A stretch of 40,914 nt of DNA, taken from the sequence record SRR22947727_548; one strand, written 5' to 3'. The notes under the pieces were generated by a model, which did not search any database, was not told the origin of the DNA, and worked only from the letters and a program-made list of their open reading frames with translations. The translations under genes were made by a program, and so were the position numbers. Below are positions 27,191-36,612 of the stretch, one piece after another (position 1 is the first letter of the stretch; the number at the start of each line of letters is the position of its first letter).

Positions 27191-29797
27191 TCACCTAAAG
27201 TTTGCTTTGATAACATAAACTTGTTCGGAAGTTATGCCATGTTCTTCTGCTATTCCTTGAAAAGAATCTACTTTATTAATTATGGAAATAATTTCCCCTG
27301 CTCCCATATCCAAACCAAAACTCTCTTCCATCTTAGAAATCATGTCATTCACATCTTCAAAACTATTTTCATTTTTTAGAGCATAGTGTACCGGTTTTGA
27401 TTTAAGGATTCTTAAAGAATCATGTGCCTTAAGGAGTTTCTTTTGTATCTCACTCTTGGTCACTCTATCTAAGTTATTCATTAATTCATCTAAGTTATTA
27501 GTAAATGATTTGTCTTCGTTATTAGAAATTGCATCTTTATTTTGCAAAATTAAATTACCTAAAACTTCAAGAGTAGTCATGTCTTTAATCTCTTCAATAA
27601 ATAATTCTTTGTAAGCCTCTTGAATATCTATGCCCATAAACTTCACAGATTGTTCCTTTGCTGCTTCGGAATACTGATAGACTGAACCCAAAATAGATGC
27701 AATTTCCATTTTAATTTTTGAGTTAAGAGCAGGTTCATCATAAATATCACTAATCGCCTTATAAAATAACTTAGCAGCATCTTCAATTTTATTATAATTA
27801 GTTAAAGAATCTTCCTTTCCTAAATATTGTAAAAATGAATTGAGTTTAGTTATTTGGGATTCTTCTATGAATGCTTCTGGATTTTCCATAAATGCTTTTG
27901 TGGCTACATAAAGAGGGTCTTTTTTACTACTTTCCTTATTAGTTTTTAATCTAAATGTAATTGCCTTAACTGCCGCATCCTTTTCAAAAGGCAAGTCTAT
28001 GCCATATAAAAATTCACTAACAGTCTGCTTCGAGAAACACCTATACATTAGTTCATTTATCTCAGCCATTTTATTATTGATAGGCTTAAGTAAAGTACCT
28101 TTCTTATTTTTGAATTTTCTAGCACTTCCGGTCATTCCTGATAAATACCGAGATATATTGAATAATGATGCTGGTTGCGGCTCATTTTGTTTTGTCGGGG
28201 GGCTTCCTGCTCCTGTTAACCATCCTGTTGCTAAGTTTTTAGGGGTTTGAGATTTAACATCACCTTCAATCAAGTTCTTGTATAATAAAAGAAATTCATC
28301 GACACTTTCTTCGACCTTAATTATTCTATCGAATCCTTTATCGCCCCTGTAATATTCTTTTATTTCTTTTTCTTTAAGAATAAATATTGGGAAGTGTGCG
28401 GCGGTTGATTCGCTAGTCTTAGTTATTTTTTCTATATCTTCTAGAAAATCAGCAAATTTAGCCTTAATGTCATCATCTACAAATACTTCTACATCTTCTC
28501 CTTCTTCGACAAGTTCAGTAAATTCATCAAAGTCAGATTGTAGCATATCCTTTAGTTTTTCTATTGTTTCTTCTATCTCACTAGTATCTTCAACTTTACC
28601 TTCAAAGGTAGCGGAACTACCCTTAAGATTTCTTTCAAAATTAAGAATACCTAAAATGTCTAAATCGTATTTTTTAGGTTGTAATTTCTCTTCAATTTCT
28701 TTTGTTTCTTCAACGGCTTCGGCAACTTGTGGGTCTATTTCACCTATTCTAACCGGCTCTCCACCTTCTCCTATTGTTTCTACTCCGGCGGGTGCAATAT
28801 AACCCATGTCTATTAATCTTTCAATTAAGTTATTTTGAACTAAGAATAGTTCTAGTAATTCCACAGACCTTTCAGAAATAGGAGATATTTTTACTTGTTC
28901 ATTATCAAATTTTTGGATATAGTTAATATTTTTAATCTTTTCAGGACTGTTGCAGAAATCCATAAATTTTTCAATGTCACCCTTTCCGCCCCTAAATCCT
29001 GCATCTTTATCAACATTCTCTAAGAGTTTCAATAGGTTTTCTCCTTCTCCACTTATAAGTTCAATAATAGAATTAATATCATCACTAACACTTTCCCAAT
29101 GACCGTAGGCTTTTTCTCTAGTGGAGTAGTCTTGTAATCTTTTAGTATTAAATACTCTCAAAAGATTAAAATCTGAAACAACTAACTCTAAACTCTCCTT
29201 AGCACTTGTGCCTTTATATAACTCACTGATTTTTCTTTCAATTGCCTTTAGCCGCTTGTAAAGTTTAGGTGTGTCTTCTTTAGTGACATTGGGTTTAGTT
29301 ATTAGTTCTTTCACAAAAGCAGCCTTACTTATTGTTCTTATAGACTTCGCCCCTTTTGTCATTAGAGGCTCAATTGTTATATTATTCACATTAAAATTAG
29401 AACCTAAATTTAAAATCCTTAATGGGGAGCCATTATATTTTAATTGAGCAAATTGTAATAGTGGAGTTCTCAATTCTTCTATTTTTTCTTCTTCCGAAGA
29501 CCTTTCTCTAGTTTCCTTAACTTGACCTGCAATACTCAATAGATACTTAAAAGCGTTAATTTCAAAATCATCAATAAAATCATCTATTTCATCATCACTT
29601 AATGCTTTGCTTTCACCAATTGCTTCTCCTATATCAGCAAGAGTACCACTAATGTTATCTTTAATTTCTTTTTCAGAAGCAAGGCCTTTTTTAAGAATAG
29701 CAACTCTTTCTGGAAGATTTGCACTTTTTAGGCGAGTAATATAATCTGGAACATTTTTAGAGAGCCAATCTGTTCCATCTTGTTTTAGAATAATCAT
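27191..29797 (-). CDS. Large acidic/charged hypothetical protein (candidate internal virion protein)
   Basis: 868 aa, begins MIILKQ; ATGA overlap, GGAGG RBS. Confidence 0.8.
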   Translation of the reverse strand: MIILKQDGTDWLSKNVPDYITRLKSANLPERVAILKKGLASEKEIKDNISGTLADIGEAIGESKALSDDEIDDFIDDFEINAFKYLLSIAGQVKETRERSSEEEKIEELRTPLLQFAQLKYNGSPLRILNLGSNFNVNNITIEPLMTKGAKSIRTISKAAFVKELITKPNVTKEDTPKLYKRLKAIERKISELYKGTSAKESLELVVSDFNLLRVFNTKRLQDYSTREKAYGHWESVSDDINSIIELISGEGENLLKLLENVDKDAGFRGGKGDIEKFMDFCNSPEKIKNINYIQKFDNEQVKISPISERSVELLELFLVQNNLIERLIDMGYIAPAGVETIGEGGEPVRIGEIDPQVAEAVEETKEIEEKLQPKKYDLDILGILNFERNLKGSSATFEGKVEDTSEIEETIEKLKDMLQSDFDEFTELVEEGEDVEVFVDDDIKAKFADFLEDIEKITKTSESTAAHFPIFILKEKEIKEYYRGDKGFDRIIKVEESVDEFLLLYKNLIEGDVKSQTPKNLATGWLTGAGSPPTKQNEPQPASLFNISRYLSGMTGSARKFKNKKGTLLKPINNKMAEINELMYRCFSKQTVSEFLYGIDLPFEKDAAVKAITFRLKTNKESSKKDPLYVATKAFMENPEAFIEESQITKLNSFLQYLGKEDSLTNYNKIEDAAKLFYKAISDIYDEPALNSKIKMEIASILGSVYQYSEAAKEQSVKFMGIDIQEAYKELFIEEIKDMTTLEVLGNLILQNKDAISNNEDKSFTNNLDELMNNLDRVTKSEIQKKLLKAHDSLRILKSKPVHYALKNENSFEDVNDMISKMEESFGLDMGAGEIISIINKVDSFQGIAEEHGITSEQVYVIKANFR

Positions 29798-32034
29798 TCA
29801 CTAACCTCCCTCAAAATATTTTCACGAATTAATTTTTCCATAAATGTAGAATAATATAGATTGTAATATTTATAGGGATTGTTTGCAATGTCATCCATTT
29901 TTTCTTCTAGTGCTTTAACAAAAGCATTAGCAAAATCCTTTGAACCTTCGTTAATTAAAGAAGCCAAGTCCACAATCGCTTGTGCTAACCTCTCGTCACC
30001 AATACTTAACCCTTCCTTCCTAAGTGTATCTATTTGTTGAACCTTTCCAACAATATCTGTCTTTTGACCGTATCTTCTTGCTAGGTGGTGAGTAAGAACA
30101 ATTGCTTTCTTTAGTGTAGTTGGTGAAGACTTGTTGCTTTCTAAGGTGCTTTTATTATCAGTAAGAAGTACATCTATTGATTCCTTTGGATTCAAAGAAT
30201 CTATTTCTCCAGCAAGTCCTTTTTCTAAGGAAGTAGTGAATTTATTACCCAAGTCCTTTTCTTTTAATTTTTCTTCTGTTCTTCTAGTGACAGTAAGTGT
30301 AGTTTCTGTAAGTTTGGTATCGGGGGCAAATCGTCGAAGTCTTCGCATAAACCGAGAGTCGTTTAAAGCAAAATCCCACTTTTTTCTTGTTTCATCATCA
30401 TTGATATAAACACCTACCTTAATAGTTCCTATCTTTTCATATTGATTAGCCCTTAGTGAATTTGTAGGCCACCCGCTATTATTGAATTTTTCTTTATCAA
30501 AACTAGCCTCTCGCAGATATTTATTCATAGCATTAAAAACAGCCAACTGAATACCTTCAAGGTTTTTTTTCCCACCATATCTTTCCTTTGCTTGTTCATA
30601 CTCATCATCCTTTACTCCAGATTTGATTGATTTAACCTTTTCTCTTCTTGCATTTCTATTTGCGAGGCTTTCACCGGGAATTTTTCTTCTAACCCAAGAC
30701 AACAAAAACTGATTTTCGTCCACTTTTACCTTAAAACTCATCGAATTTATGGCACTATCTACCGGTCTATTGTTCAATTTACTGTTAATAATGGCCTCAA
30801 ACAAGGGTATTGACTTATACTTTTGACCATCTTTTTTATAAAAAAAGGGAAGAAAATTGCTTTCTTTTTGACCTTTTACGCTAAAAAGCAGTAATTTTAT
30901 GGCTTCTTGTTGGATTTTAGTGCGTTTTCTGCTTTTTCCACGCCTTCCTAACTTATCGTAGCGTATGTTATCAAGTGTGGAGTGTTTGCTTCTAAAATCA
31001 CCAACATTTCCCCCATATTCAGGACTTAGAGGAACCTTTTCAGATTCAATGGTTATTTTATCTCCGCCTTCCCTAATTATCTTAAAATAAATAGATACTT
31101 TATTCTCTAAATTACCAGATTTTTCTAATTTAACCTTAGTTTTACGCTTAATTGAGTATTTTTTAATATTTTTGATGACTTTATCAGTTTCAACAAGTAA
31201 TTCATATAATAATGGATAATTATATTCTATTGATGCTTTTCTAATAATTTCTTCACCTTCTTTTAATAGGCTATCTAAGTCTAAATTTGCCAATTCTTCC
31301 TTCTCATCTTCAATTTTTATTATTTTTTGGAGAATAGTCACATTTCCTTCAGTTTTTTCTTGCCAACCACTAGAATTTTTAAGAGATTGAGCATTAATTG
31401 GTCTAGATTTGAGATTATCTATCAAAATTCTCATTAAACAATAGTTAAAATTATTAGTTCTTCGATTTAAATAGTCTTCAAGGCTAGGTTCCTGCTCTTC
31501 TGCAAAGAAAGACTCAACTTTTTCTAAAAACTTGACCCTTTTTTCTCTACTATCCAAACCTAATTCCTTTTTTAGCGAAGAGATGAAAGACTTACTGCTT
31601 ATTTCTTCCGCACTCTCTTCTTTTTTTGATAATAAATCCATAAAACCTTCAAATACTTCATCTTCTAGTTCTGTATTCTCTAAAATTACTTCAACTGTCG
31701 CCTGTAAATCTTCAGGTTGTCTAGTTTCTTTTATTTTTTCATCTAGAACTTTCTTATATTTTAATAAATTTTCCCAAATGCTGTCCATTAAAGTGTAAAT
31801 ACTATCAGTGTCTAAACGCTTAGTGATAGTCTTAAAATCCTTAGAATACTTTTCTTCGAGTAATTCCTGCATAGCGTCAGCATTTCCGGTAGCCTCAAGT
31901 TCTTTAACAAAATTCTTAATTAATGTAGCCGAATTTGTTTTACCCTTTATATCATCCGAAAGTAAAGTGTTCATACCCTTTTCATCTTTTAAAAAAGTAA
32001 GAAGCAAAACAGGAGAAGCAGGGTAATACACCAA
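29794..32034 (-). CDS. Large charged hypothetical protein
   Basis: 746-aa ORF with a TTG start after GGAG. Confidence 0.8.
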   Translation of the reverse strand: MVYYPASPVLLLTFLKDEKGMNTLLSDDIKGKTNSATLIKNFVKELEATGNADAMQELLEEKYSKDFKTITKRLDTDSIYTLMDSIWENLLKYKKVLDEKIKETRQPEDLQATVEVILENTELEDEVFEGFMDLLSKKEESAEEISSKSFISSLKKELGLDSREKRVKFLEKVESFFAEEQEPSLEDYLNRRTNNFNYCLMRILIDNLKSRPINAQSLKNSSGWQEKTEGNVTILQKIIKIEDEKEELANLDLDSLLKEGEEIIRKASIEYNYPLLYELLVETDKVIKNIKKYSIKRKTKVKLEKSGNLENKVSIYFKIIREGGDKITIESEKVPLSPEYGGNVGDFRSKHSTLDNIRYDKLGRRGKSRKRTKIQQEAIKLLLFSVKGQKESNFLPFFYKKDGQKYKSIPLFEAIINSKLNNRPVDSAINSMSFKVKVDENQFLLSWVRRKIPGESLANRNARREKVKSIKSGVKDDEYEQAKERYGGKKNLEGIQLAVFNAMNKYLREASFDKEKFNNSGWPTNSLRANQYEKIGTIKVGVYINDDETRKKWDFALNDSRFMRRLRRFAPDTKLTETTLTVTRRTEEKLKEKDLGNKFTTSLEKGLAGEIDSLNPKESIDVLLTDNKSTLESNKSSPTTLKKAIVLTHHLARRYGQKTDIVGKVQQIDTLRKEGLSIGDERLAQAIVDLASLINEGSKDFANAFVKALEEKMDDIANNPYKYYNLYYSTFMEKLIRENILREVSE

Positions 32035-32038
32035 AAAA

Positions 32039-32221
32039 TCATCTCCTTAATCTTTGTTTTATCTCTTTTCTATATTCTCTCAATGCTTCCAAAGCAGTAT
32101 TTTTATTTCCCGAGTAATCAATAGTTTTGAAAGTTTCTAATTTTTTAATCATTTCTAAAAGAAGTTCCATATCTTCTTTACTTCCAGTAAATTCACTTTT
32201 TAAAAAATCTTCCCAACTCAT
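32039..32221 (-). CDS. WxxILK-tagged small protein
   Basis: 60 aa, MSWEDFLKS. Confidence 0.7.
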   Translation of the reverse strand: MSWEDFLKSEFTGSKEDMELLLEMIKKLETFKTIDYSGNKNTALEALREYRKEIKQRLRR

Positions 32222-32232
32222 TGTAATTTCTC

Positions 32233-32481
32233 CTAGAATGACCTTTCTAATTTTTGTTTAAATTCTTCTAGAGTTTTTTCTATTTTATCAATAGTGCCTT
32301 TTTGTATGTTTTTAATTATTTTTCTTGCCTGTTCTATTGGTAGGTCTGTTTGTTTATTCATTTCAATAGCGGATTTTTCTATATCATCATACAGTCTTTC
32401 TAGCATTTTTTCTATCTTTTCAATTTGTCCGAGATAAAATGAGTATTCTTCCTCTCCCTTAACTATGTCTTCCCAACTCAT
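32233..32481 (-). CDS. WxxILK-tagged coiled-coil protein
   Basis: Likely start is ATG 32481, MSWEDIVKG. Confidence 0.7.
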   Translation of the reverse strand: MSWEDIVKGEEEYSFYLGQIEKIEKMLERLYDDIEKSAIEMNKQTDLPIEQARKIIKNIQKGTIDKIEKTLEEFKQKLERSF

Positions 32482-32498
32482 TGTAATCTCTCCTGCAT

Positions 32499-32930
32499 TC
32501 AAATTTCAACAGAAACATATAACTTTCCATTAGAATACTCATCAACTTCATAACTTACTTTGAATATAAACGCACCGCTTTTATCTTCCATAGGTTTTGG
32601 TTTAGTGCCGTCTAACCGAATTATAATATCTTTTTGTTTGAAAGATTTAACAATATTGTTTGGTTTGTATGTTCCTACATTTTCATCCATAACATCTATT
32701 CTTCCCGAAGGTTTAACTCTTATAGCAAACTCTTCAGTAAGATAGGACGAATCATCACCTGTTCCTACATTACTTACTTCAATGTCAATATTAAAATCAT
32801 CCATGTATAGCCAAAACTCACCTTCGCCAAAATTTAAATCTTTGGCGATTTCTTCAGCAATTTCTTCTTCATATTCTCCACCGCCACTAAACGATTTTCC
32901 TTTTGCTTTTACTATTTTTTTCCAACTCAT
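32499..32930 (-). CDS. WxxILK-tagged acidic beta-rich protein
   Basis: 143 aa, MSWKKIVKA. Confidence 0.75.
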   Translation of the reverse strand: MSWKKIVKAKGKSFSGGGEYEEEIAEEIAKDLNFGEGEFWLYMDDFNIDIEVSNVGTGDDSSYLTEEFAIRVKPSGRIDVMDENVGTYKPNNIVKSFKQKDIIIRLDGTKPKPMEDKSGAFIFKVSYEVDEYSNGKLYVSVEI

Positions 32931-33586
32931 TGTAATCTCTCCTGCATCTTTTTCTTAATGTCGAGCCAAATCTCAGGATTGTTCTGTGCTAACACTTCTT
33001 GAACAACCTGCATTTGTGCGACAATAATTGTATCTTGTCGCTTGTGAATAAGTTTGCCTTTGAACTCAAGAAGGTACTTTAGCGACTCCCGTACTTCTTT
33101 TGCGAGTTTAGTAAGACTATCAATCTCTCTTGGTTCTAAGTCTGTATTAAGGAACAAATCATTTAATTTATCATCTAAGCGTTGAACATTCGCACTCAGC
33201 AAATCAATCTCATTTACTTCCTTTTTCGCTATCATGGTGGCCGCAGATTGCTGTACCAATGGGGCCAAGTGGTGCTTCATGTGGCGTTGCACCTGCTGTT
33301 TCGAGATGCCTAATGCTTGAGAAATAGCGTCACTTGTGATATTACCGTTGGAAAGGGCTTCCTCGTAATGTTTTCGCATTGGGTCCACACATAACTTGCA
33401 TTTTGGATTACTGCTGTTTGTGTATTCTCCCATGTGATTTCTTTGATGTTGGGCCGCAGTGCCGCTTCTCCAATTGTTCCTTGAATCTAAATCGTCACAA
33501 CTCACCATACCTTGCTCAAGTGCGGCTTCAAGTTCTTCCCTTTGGTCATGCTGACAAAAGGCACATCGCTTACGAGTTATGGTCAT
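32927..33586 (-). CDS. Putative terminase small subunit / zinc-finger-HTH DNA-binding protein
   Basis: Two tandem CxxC...H-x3-H units with HTH-like cores (ISQALGISKQQVQRHMKHH), followed by oligomerisation-type helices. Confidence 0.55.
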   Translation of the reverse strand: MTITRKRCAFCQHDQREELEAALEQGMVSCDDLDSRNNWRSGTAAQHQRNHMGEYTNSSNPKCKLCVDPMRKHYEEALSNGNITSDAISQALGISKQQVQRHMKHHLAPLVQQSAATMIAKKEVNEIDLLSANVQRLDDKLNDLFLNTDLEPREIDSLTKLAKEVRESLKYLLEFKGKLIHKRQDTIIVAQMQVVQEVLAQNNPEIWLDIKKKMQERLQ

Positions 33587-33590
33587 TTTA

Positions 33591-34652
33591 TCATCCTCTA
33601 ATTATTTCAAGCCAAGATTTTTTGACGGGTTCGGGAACAGTTGTCATTCCTGAAATATTAAGATAGTCACCATTTTTTAATTGGAATTGTTTTTCACCTG
33701 CAACCTTAGCCAATAGAACTTTTATTTGCCTAGTCGATAATTGTTGGAATGAAAAGGTTTTAACCTCACTCGGTAAATCTCCAAGTTTGGCTGAATCTGT
33801 GACAGCATCAGATTTATTTCCAGAATCAAATCTTTGTCTTTCAATCTGTTGTTTTATTGCAGAATACTTAGGAACACCGTTAATAAATAATTCATCGTTG
33901 TCAAATATCTTTTTAACAAAACTAGACAGCGATGGTATAGAAACAAGATTTCCAATTCTGTATGGATTAAAAGACATATGAGTAATTTTCATATTTTCTA
34001 ATTGTTTTACTGCTTCCTCTAAAACATCTAAAAGCCCAACGGTAATTAAATCTCCGCCACCAAATAATGCTTGGGCTAATGGAGGATTTGCAGTATCTTT
34101 TTCAGAACTATACCAACTACTAGGAGCCTTCGGCTTTTCGTACTTAGCAGCATAATAGTCGTCTGCATAATGACCATATACATAACTTTCTTCATCGTCT
34201 TCTATTTTAAAAGACTCGCCTTTTCCAGAAAATCTTTTAAGTCTAGTAAAAAGAATATTTCTAGGATTATATGAACTATTTGCACCTGCATATCGAACCT
34301 TAATTCTTCTCACATAAGACTTAATCTCATCTAAATCTTTATCAGTATAAATATCCTTTTGAGTCATAGAATCATTAATTAATTTTAATAATCTAAAAAC
34401 ACCTTTATTCTTCCCTTTATTTCTAGAGTTTGGCCTAACCCAATTTTCAGTCACATGTTCATCTAATTGTGCGTAAAGGTTTGCTGGTTTGGGATTACCT
34501 TTTTTACCCGTACTCATAATCTTTTCTTTACTGTGACCTTTACAATCACTCATCCAATCAGCATACTTCTGCTTAAAATCATACTGTCCGTCGATTTCAT
34601 ATTCGACTCCACCACTTGTCTTAAACACTGCTTTCTTCGTCTTCTTCGGCAT
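33591..34652 (-). CDS. Hypothetical protein with C-terminal KSWLEIIRG motif
   Basis: Likely start is ATG 34652 after GGAGGTGA. Confidence 0.75.
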   Translation of the reverse strand: MPKKTKKAVFKTSGGVEYEIDGQYDFKQKYADWMSDCKGHSKEKIMSTGKKGNPKPANLYAQLDEHVTENWVRPNSRNKGKNKGVFRLLKLINDSMTQKDIYTDKDLDEIKSYVRRIKVRYAGANSSYNPRNILFTRLKRFSGKGESFKIEDDEESYVYGHYADDYYAAKYEKPKAPSSWYSSEKDTANPPLAQALFGGGDLITVGLLDVLEEAVKQLENMKITHMSFNPYRIGNLVSIPSLSSFVKKIFDNDELFINGVPKYSAIKQQIERQRFDSGNKSDAVTDSAKLGDLPSEVKTFSFQQLSTRQIKVLLAKVAGEKQFQLKNGDYLNISGMTTVPEPVKKSWLEIIRG

Positions 34653-34788
34653 CTTTGTCACCTCCGTATTTTATGTTGAATTTAGATGGGTCGTTGCCGT
34701 GACCCCCAAACGCTACACCCCCGCTCTCCTTATTCAAGTTGCCGCAAGCATCACAACATGAGCCTTTAATTATATTCCACCATTTCAT
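34621..34788 (-). CDS. WxxILK-tagged small Cys protein (55 aa, below ORF-track cutoff)
   Basis: Manual translation MKWWNIIKGSCCDACGNLNKESGGVAFGGHGNDPSKFNIKYGGDKDAEEDEESSV; GGAGG RBS. Confidence 0.7.
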   Translation of the reverse strand: MKWWNIIKGSCCDACGNLNKESGGVAFGGHGNDPSKFNIKYGGDKDAEEDEESSV

Positions 34789-35387
34789 ATCATTTCCTCC
34801 AATCGAAATTATCTTCTATTTCTTTTGTTTCAGGGGTAGAATGTAAAATTACCATTATTCCCCAAATTGGTTTGTCGGGTGTTCCATGTGGCAACATTCT
34901 TCCCATATTCTCGTTAATAGTATAAGAAAAATAATGCCTATAACTTCCTCTAGGTAAATCTTTACCATCTAAATGCTGAGTTGTTTCCTGTTTCATAACA
35001 TACCTATTTAATGCATATTTTTCATCTAATTGTATTACTTCCAAAAGTTCACTTCTTGGAAAATTAACTGTGGGAGCGTTTAAAATTTCATCTTTACTAG
35101 GCCAATCTCTACTAATTAAGGCCATCGCTTTACAAGCCATTCTTTCAGGGAAAAGTCCCCATTCCATATTTTGAAAGAACCTTTCATCTACAATAACTGC
35201 TCTTGGATGAAGGCCAAGATTTTTAGCATTTTTAACATATTGCGTTAATTTTTCTTTACATTCCTCTTCTTCTGGTTTTTTAATTTTAATTCTATTGGAA
35301 CTAAGAGTAGTCCCTTTCCCCTTTGCCTTTCCAGATAGCCTAGTATTTTTAAGAATATTCCACCAATTCATATCATTTCCTCCAATC
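34772..35387. repeat. 33-nt direct repeat at gene junctions (ATATTCCACCA[T/A]TTCATATCATTTCCTCCAATC)
   Basis: Copies at 34772-34804 and 35355-35387, 1 mismatch. Confidence 0.9.
34790..35371 (-). CDS. Paralogue family member 4 (conserved N-terminus, variable C-terminus)
   Basis: MNWWNILKNTRLSGKAKGKGTTLSSNRIKIKKP. Confidence 0.8.
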   Translation of the reverse strand: MNWWNILKNTRLSGKAKGKGTTLSSNRIKIKKPEEEECKEKLTQYVKNAKNLGLHPRAVIVDERFFQNMEWGLFPERMACKAMALISRDWPSKDEILNAPTVNFPRSELLEVIQLDEKYALNRYVMKQETTQHLDGKDLPRGSYRHYFSYTINENMGRMLPHGTPDKPIWGIMVILHSTPETKEIEDNFDWRK

Positions 35388-35954
35388 ATTATTAGTCGAC
35401 ATTCTATTAGGATTTAGTTTCATTGTAGCCCATTGGTTAAAAAAAAGAGAATCAGAGGTCATTGAATTGACAATTACACAATTAAAACTAATATCAATAC
35501 TTCTAATTACATTCATCCCTGCATTAAGATTAATTTCAACATCGTAGCCATCTATTTTTTCCTTTTTAATAGATGTTTCTTGCCACTTGTTATCACCTTC
35601 ACTCACCTTTTTCAATTCATCTTGGCTCATGTCTAAATATTTTTTCAAGCCGCCTTCCAAATCATAACTATCTATAAACCGAAGAATCTTACAAATAGTA
35701 GATTCCCCTGCATCCTCTATGAACTTATATATTCGTTTTTTAAATTCCGTAGGTTCCAACGCAAATATGGGTGCTGTTCTCGAATCGAGTCCTTTATTAT
35801 CAAAAAAATTAGTATGAGTCCCTTCTAATATATCTTTCATTCTTTTTATGCAATCATCTGGTTTTTTGATTTTAATCCTATTAGAACTTAAAGTAGTACC
35901 TTTGCTCTTTGCCCCCCCAGACAATTTAGCGTTCTTAAGAATATCCCACCACAT
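35373..35954 (-). CDS. Paralogue family member 3
   Basis: MWWDILKNAKLSGGAKSKGTTLSSNRIKIKKP. Confidence 0.8.
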   Translation of the reverse strand: MWWDILKNAKLSGGAKSKGTTLSSNRIKIKKPDDCIKRMKDILEGTHTNFFDNKGLDSRTAPIFALEPTEFKKRIYKFIEDAGESTICKILRFIDSYDLEGGLKKYLDMSQDELKKVSEGDNKWQETSIKKEKIDGYDVEINLNAGMNVIRSIDISFNCVIVNSMTSDSLFFNQWATMKLNPNRMSTNNDWRK

Positions 35955-36607
35955 TACTTCCACCAACTATATCCAAATTTCCCTGCTTCATAATATCCAG
36001 ATAAATTATAGACATTATTATGATTCACGCCTTTTAATTCTCTTTGGTATTCATCTGTTCCAGAATCAGTATTTTCTCCATTTCCCCAATGTAGAATAAC
36101 TTTGGGTTTTTCATTCTCATGAATCTCAATTGCAGTACTATTTCGTTCATAAGTATTTTGGTTTGTAATGACAATTTGATACTCAATACCTTTAATTGTA
36201 ATAGTGGAGATATTGGAACTACTGTATAATTCGTCGGTTGTTGTAGATTTTTCAAGCATATCAATTGCCTTACAAGCGACCTCTTCAGGAACCGGCTCGT
36301 AAAAGAAATAAACAAATTCATGCAAATGGTGTTTAGAATAAATATCTTCACCTTTTTGGTTTAGGTAAAACTTATTAGCAAACTCTAATTTTTCGTCTAT
36401 TGCAATTTCAAAATGTTTTTGAAGAAGTTTATTTCCTTCAAAGCGTTTTTTCATTACCAAATCATAATTCTTTAATTTATTTGCCCACTCTTGTAATTTC
36501 ATATTACAATCCTCTTTGGGTCTTTTGATTTTAATCCTATTAGCACTTAAAGTAGTACCTTTTGCCTTTCCAGACATCTTGGCATTCTTTAAAATTTCCC
36601 ACCACAT
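35954..36607 (-). CDS. Paralogue family member 2
   Basis: MWWEILKNAKMSGKAKGTTLSANRIKIKRP. Confidence 0.8.
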   Translation of the reverse strand: MWWEILKNAKMSGKAKGTTLSANRIKIKRPKEDCNMKLQEWANKLKNYDLVMKKRFEGNKLLQKHFEIAIDEKLEFANKFYLNQKGEDIYSKHHLHEFVYFFYEPVPEEVACKAIDMLEKSTTTDELYSSSNISTITIKGIEYQIVITNQNTYERNSTAIEIHENEKPKVILHWGNGENTDSGTDEYQRELKGVNHNNVYNLSGYYEAGKFGYSWWK

Positions 36608-36612
36608 AAAAA

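Larger units (their letters stand above)
32213..32947. repeat. Three direct copies of the junction CCAACTCATTGTAATCTCTCCT(GCAT)
   Basis: 26-nt identical copies at 32922-32947 and 32473-32498; a 22-nt copy with 1 mismatch at 32213-32234. Confidence 0.9.

Noticed and set aside
24279-32930. Nine copies of ATGAGTTGG considered as a CRISPR-like or purely DNA-level repeat
   Set aside because: The unit is too short, irregularly spaced and separated by whole genes. The A after ATG is partly explained by ATGA stop/start overlaps, so residue 2 (S/T/N) is not treated as part of the tag signal.
34660-34760. GC-richer patch considered as tRNA/ncRNA
   Set aside because: No cloverleaf was found, and it is explained by Gly/Cys codons of the 55-aa ORF.
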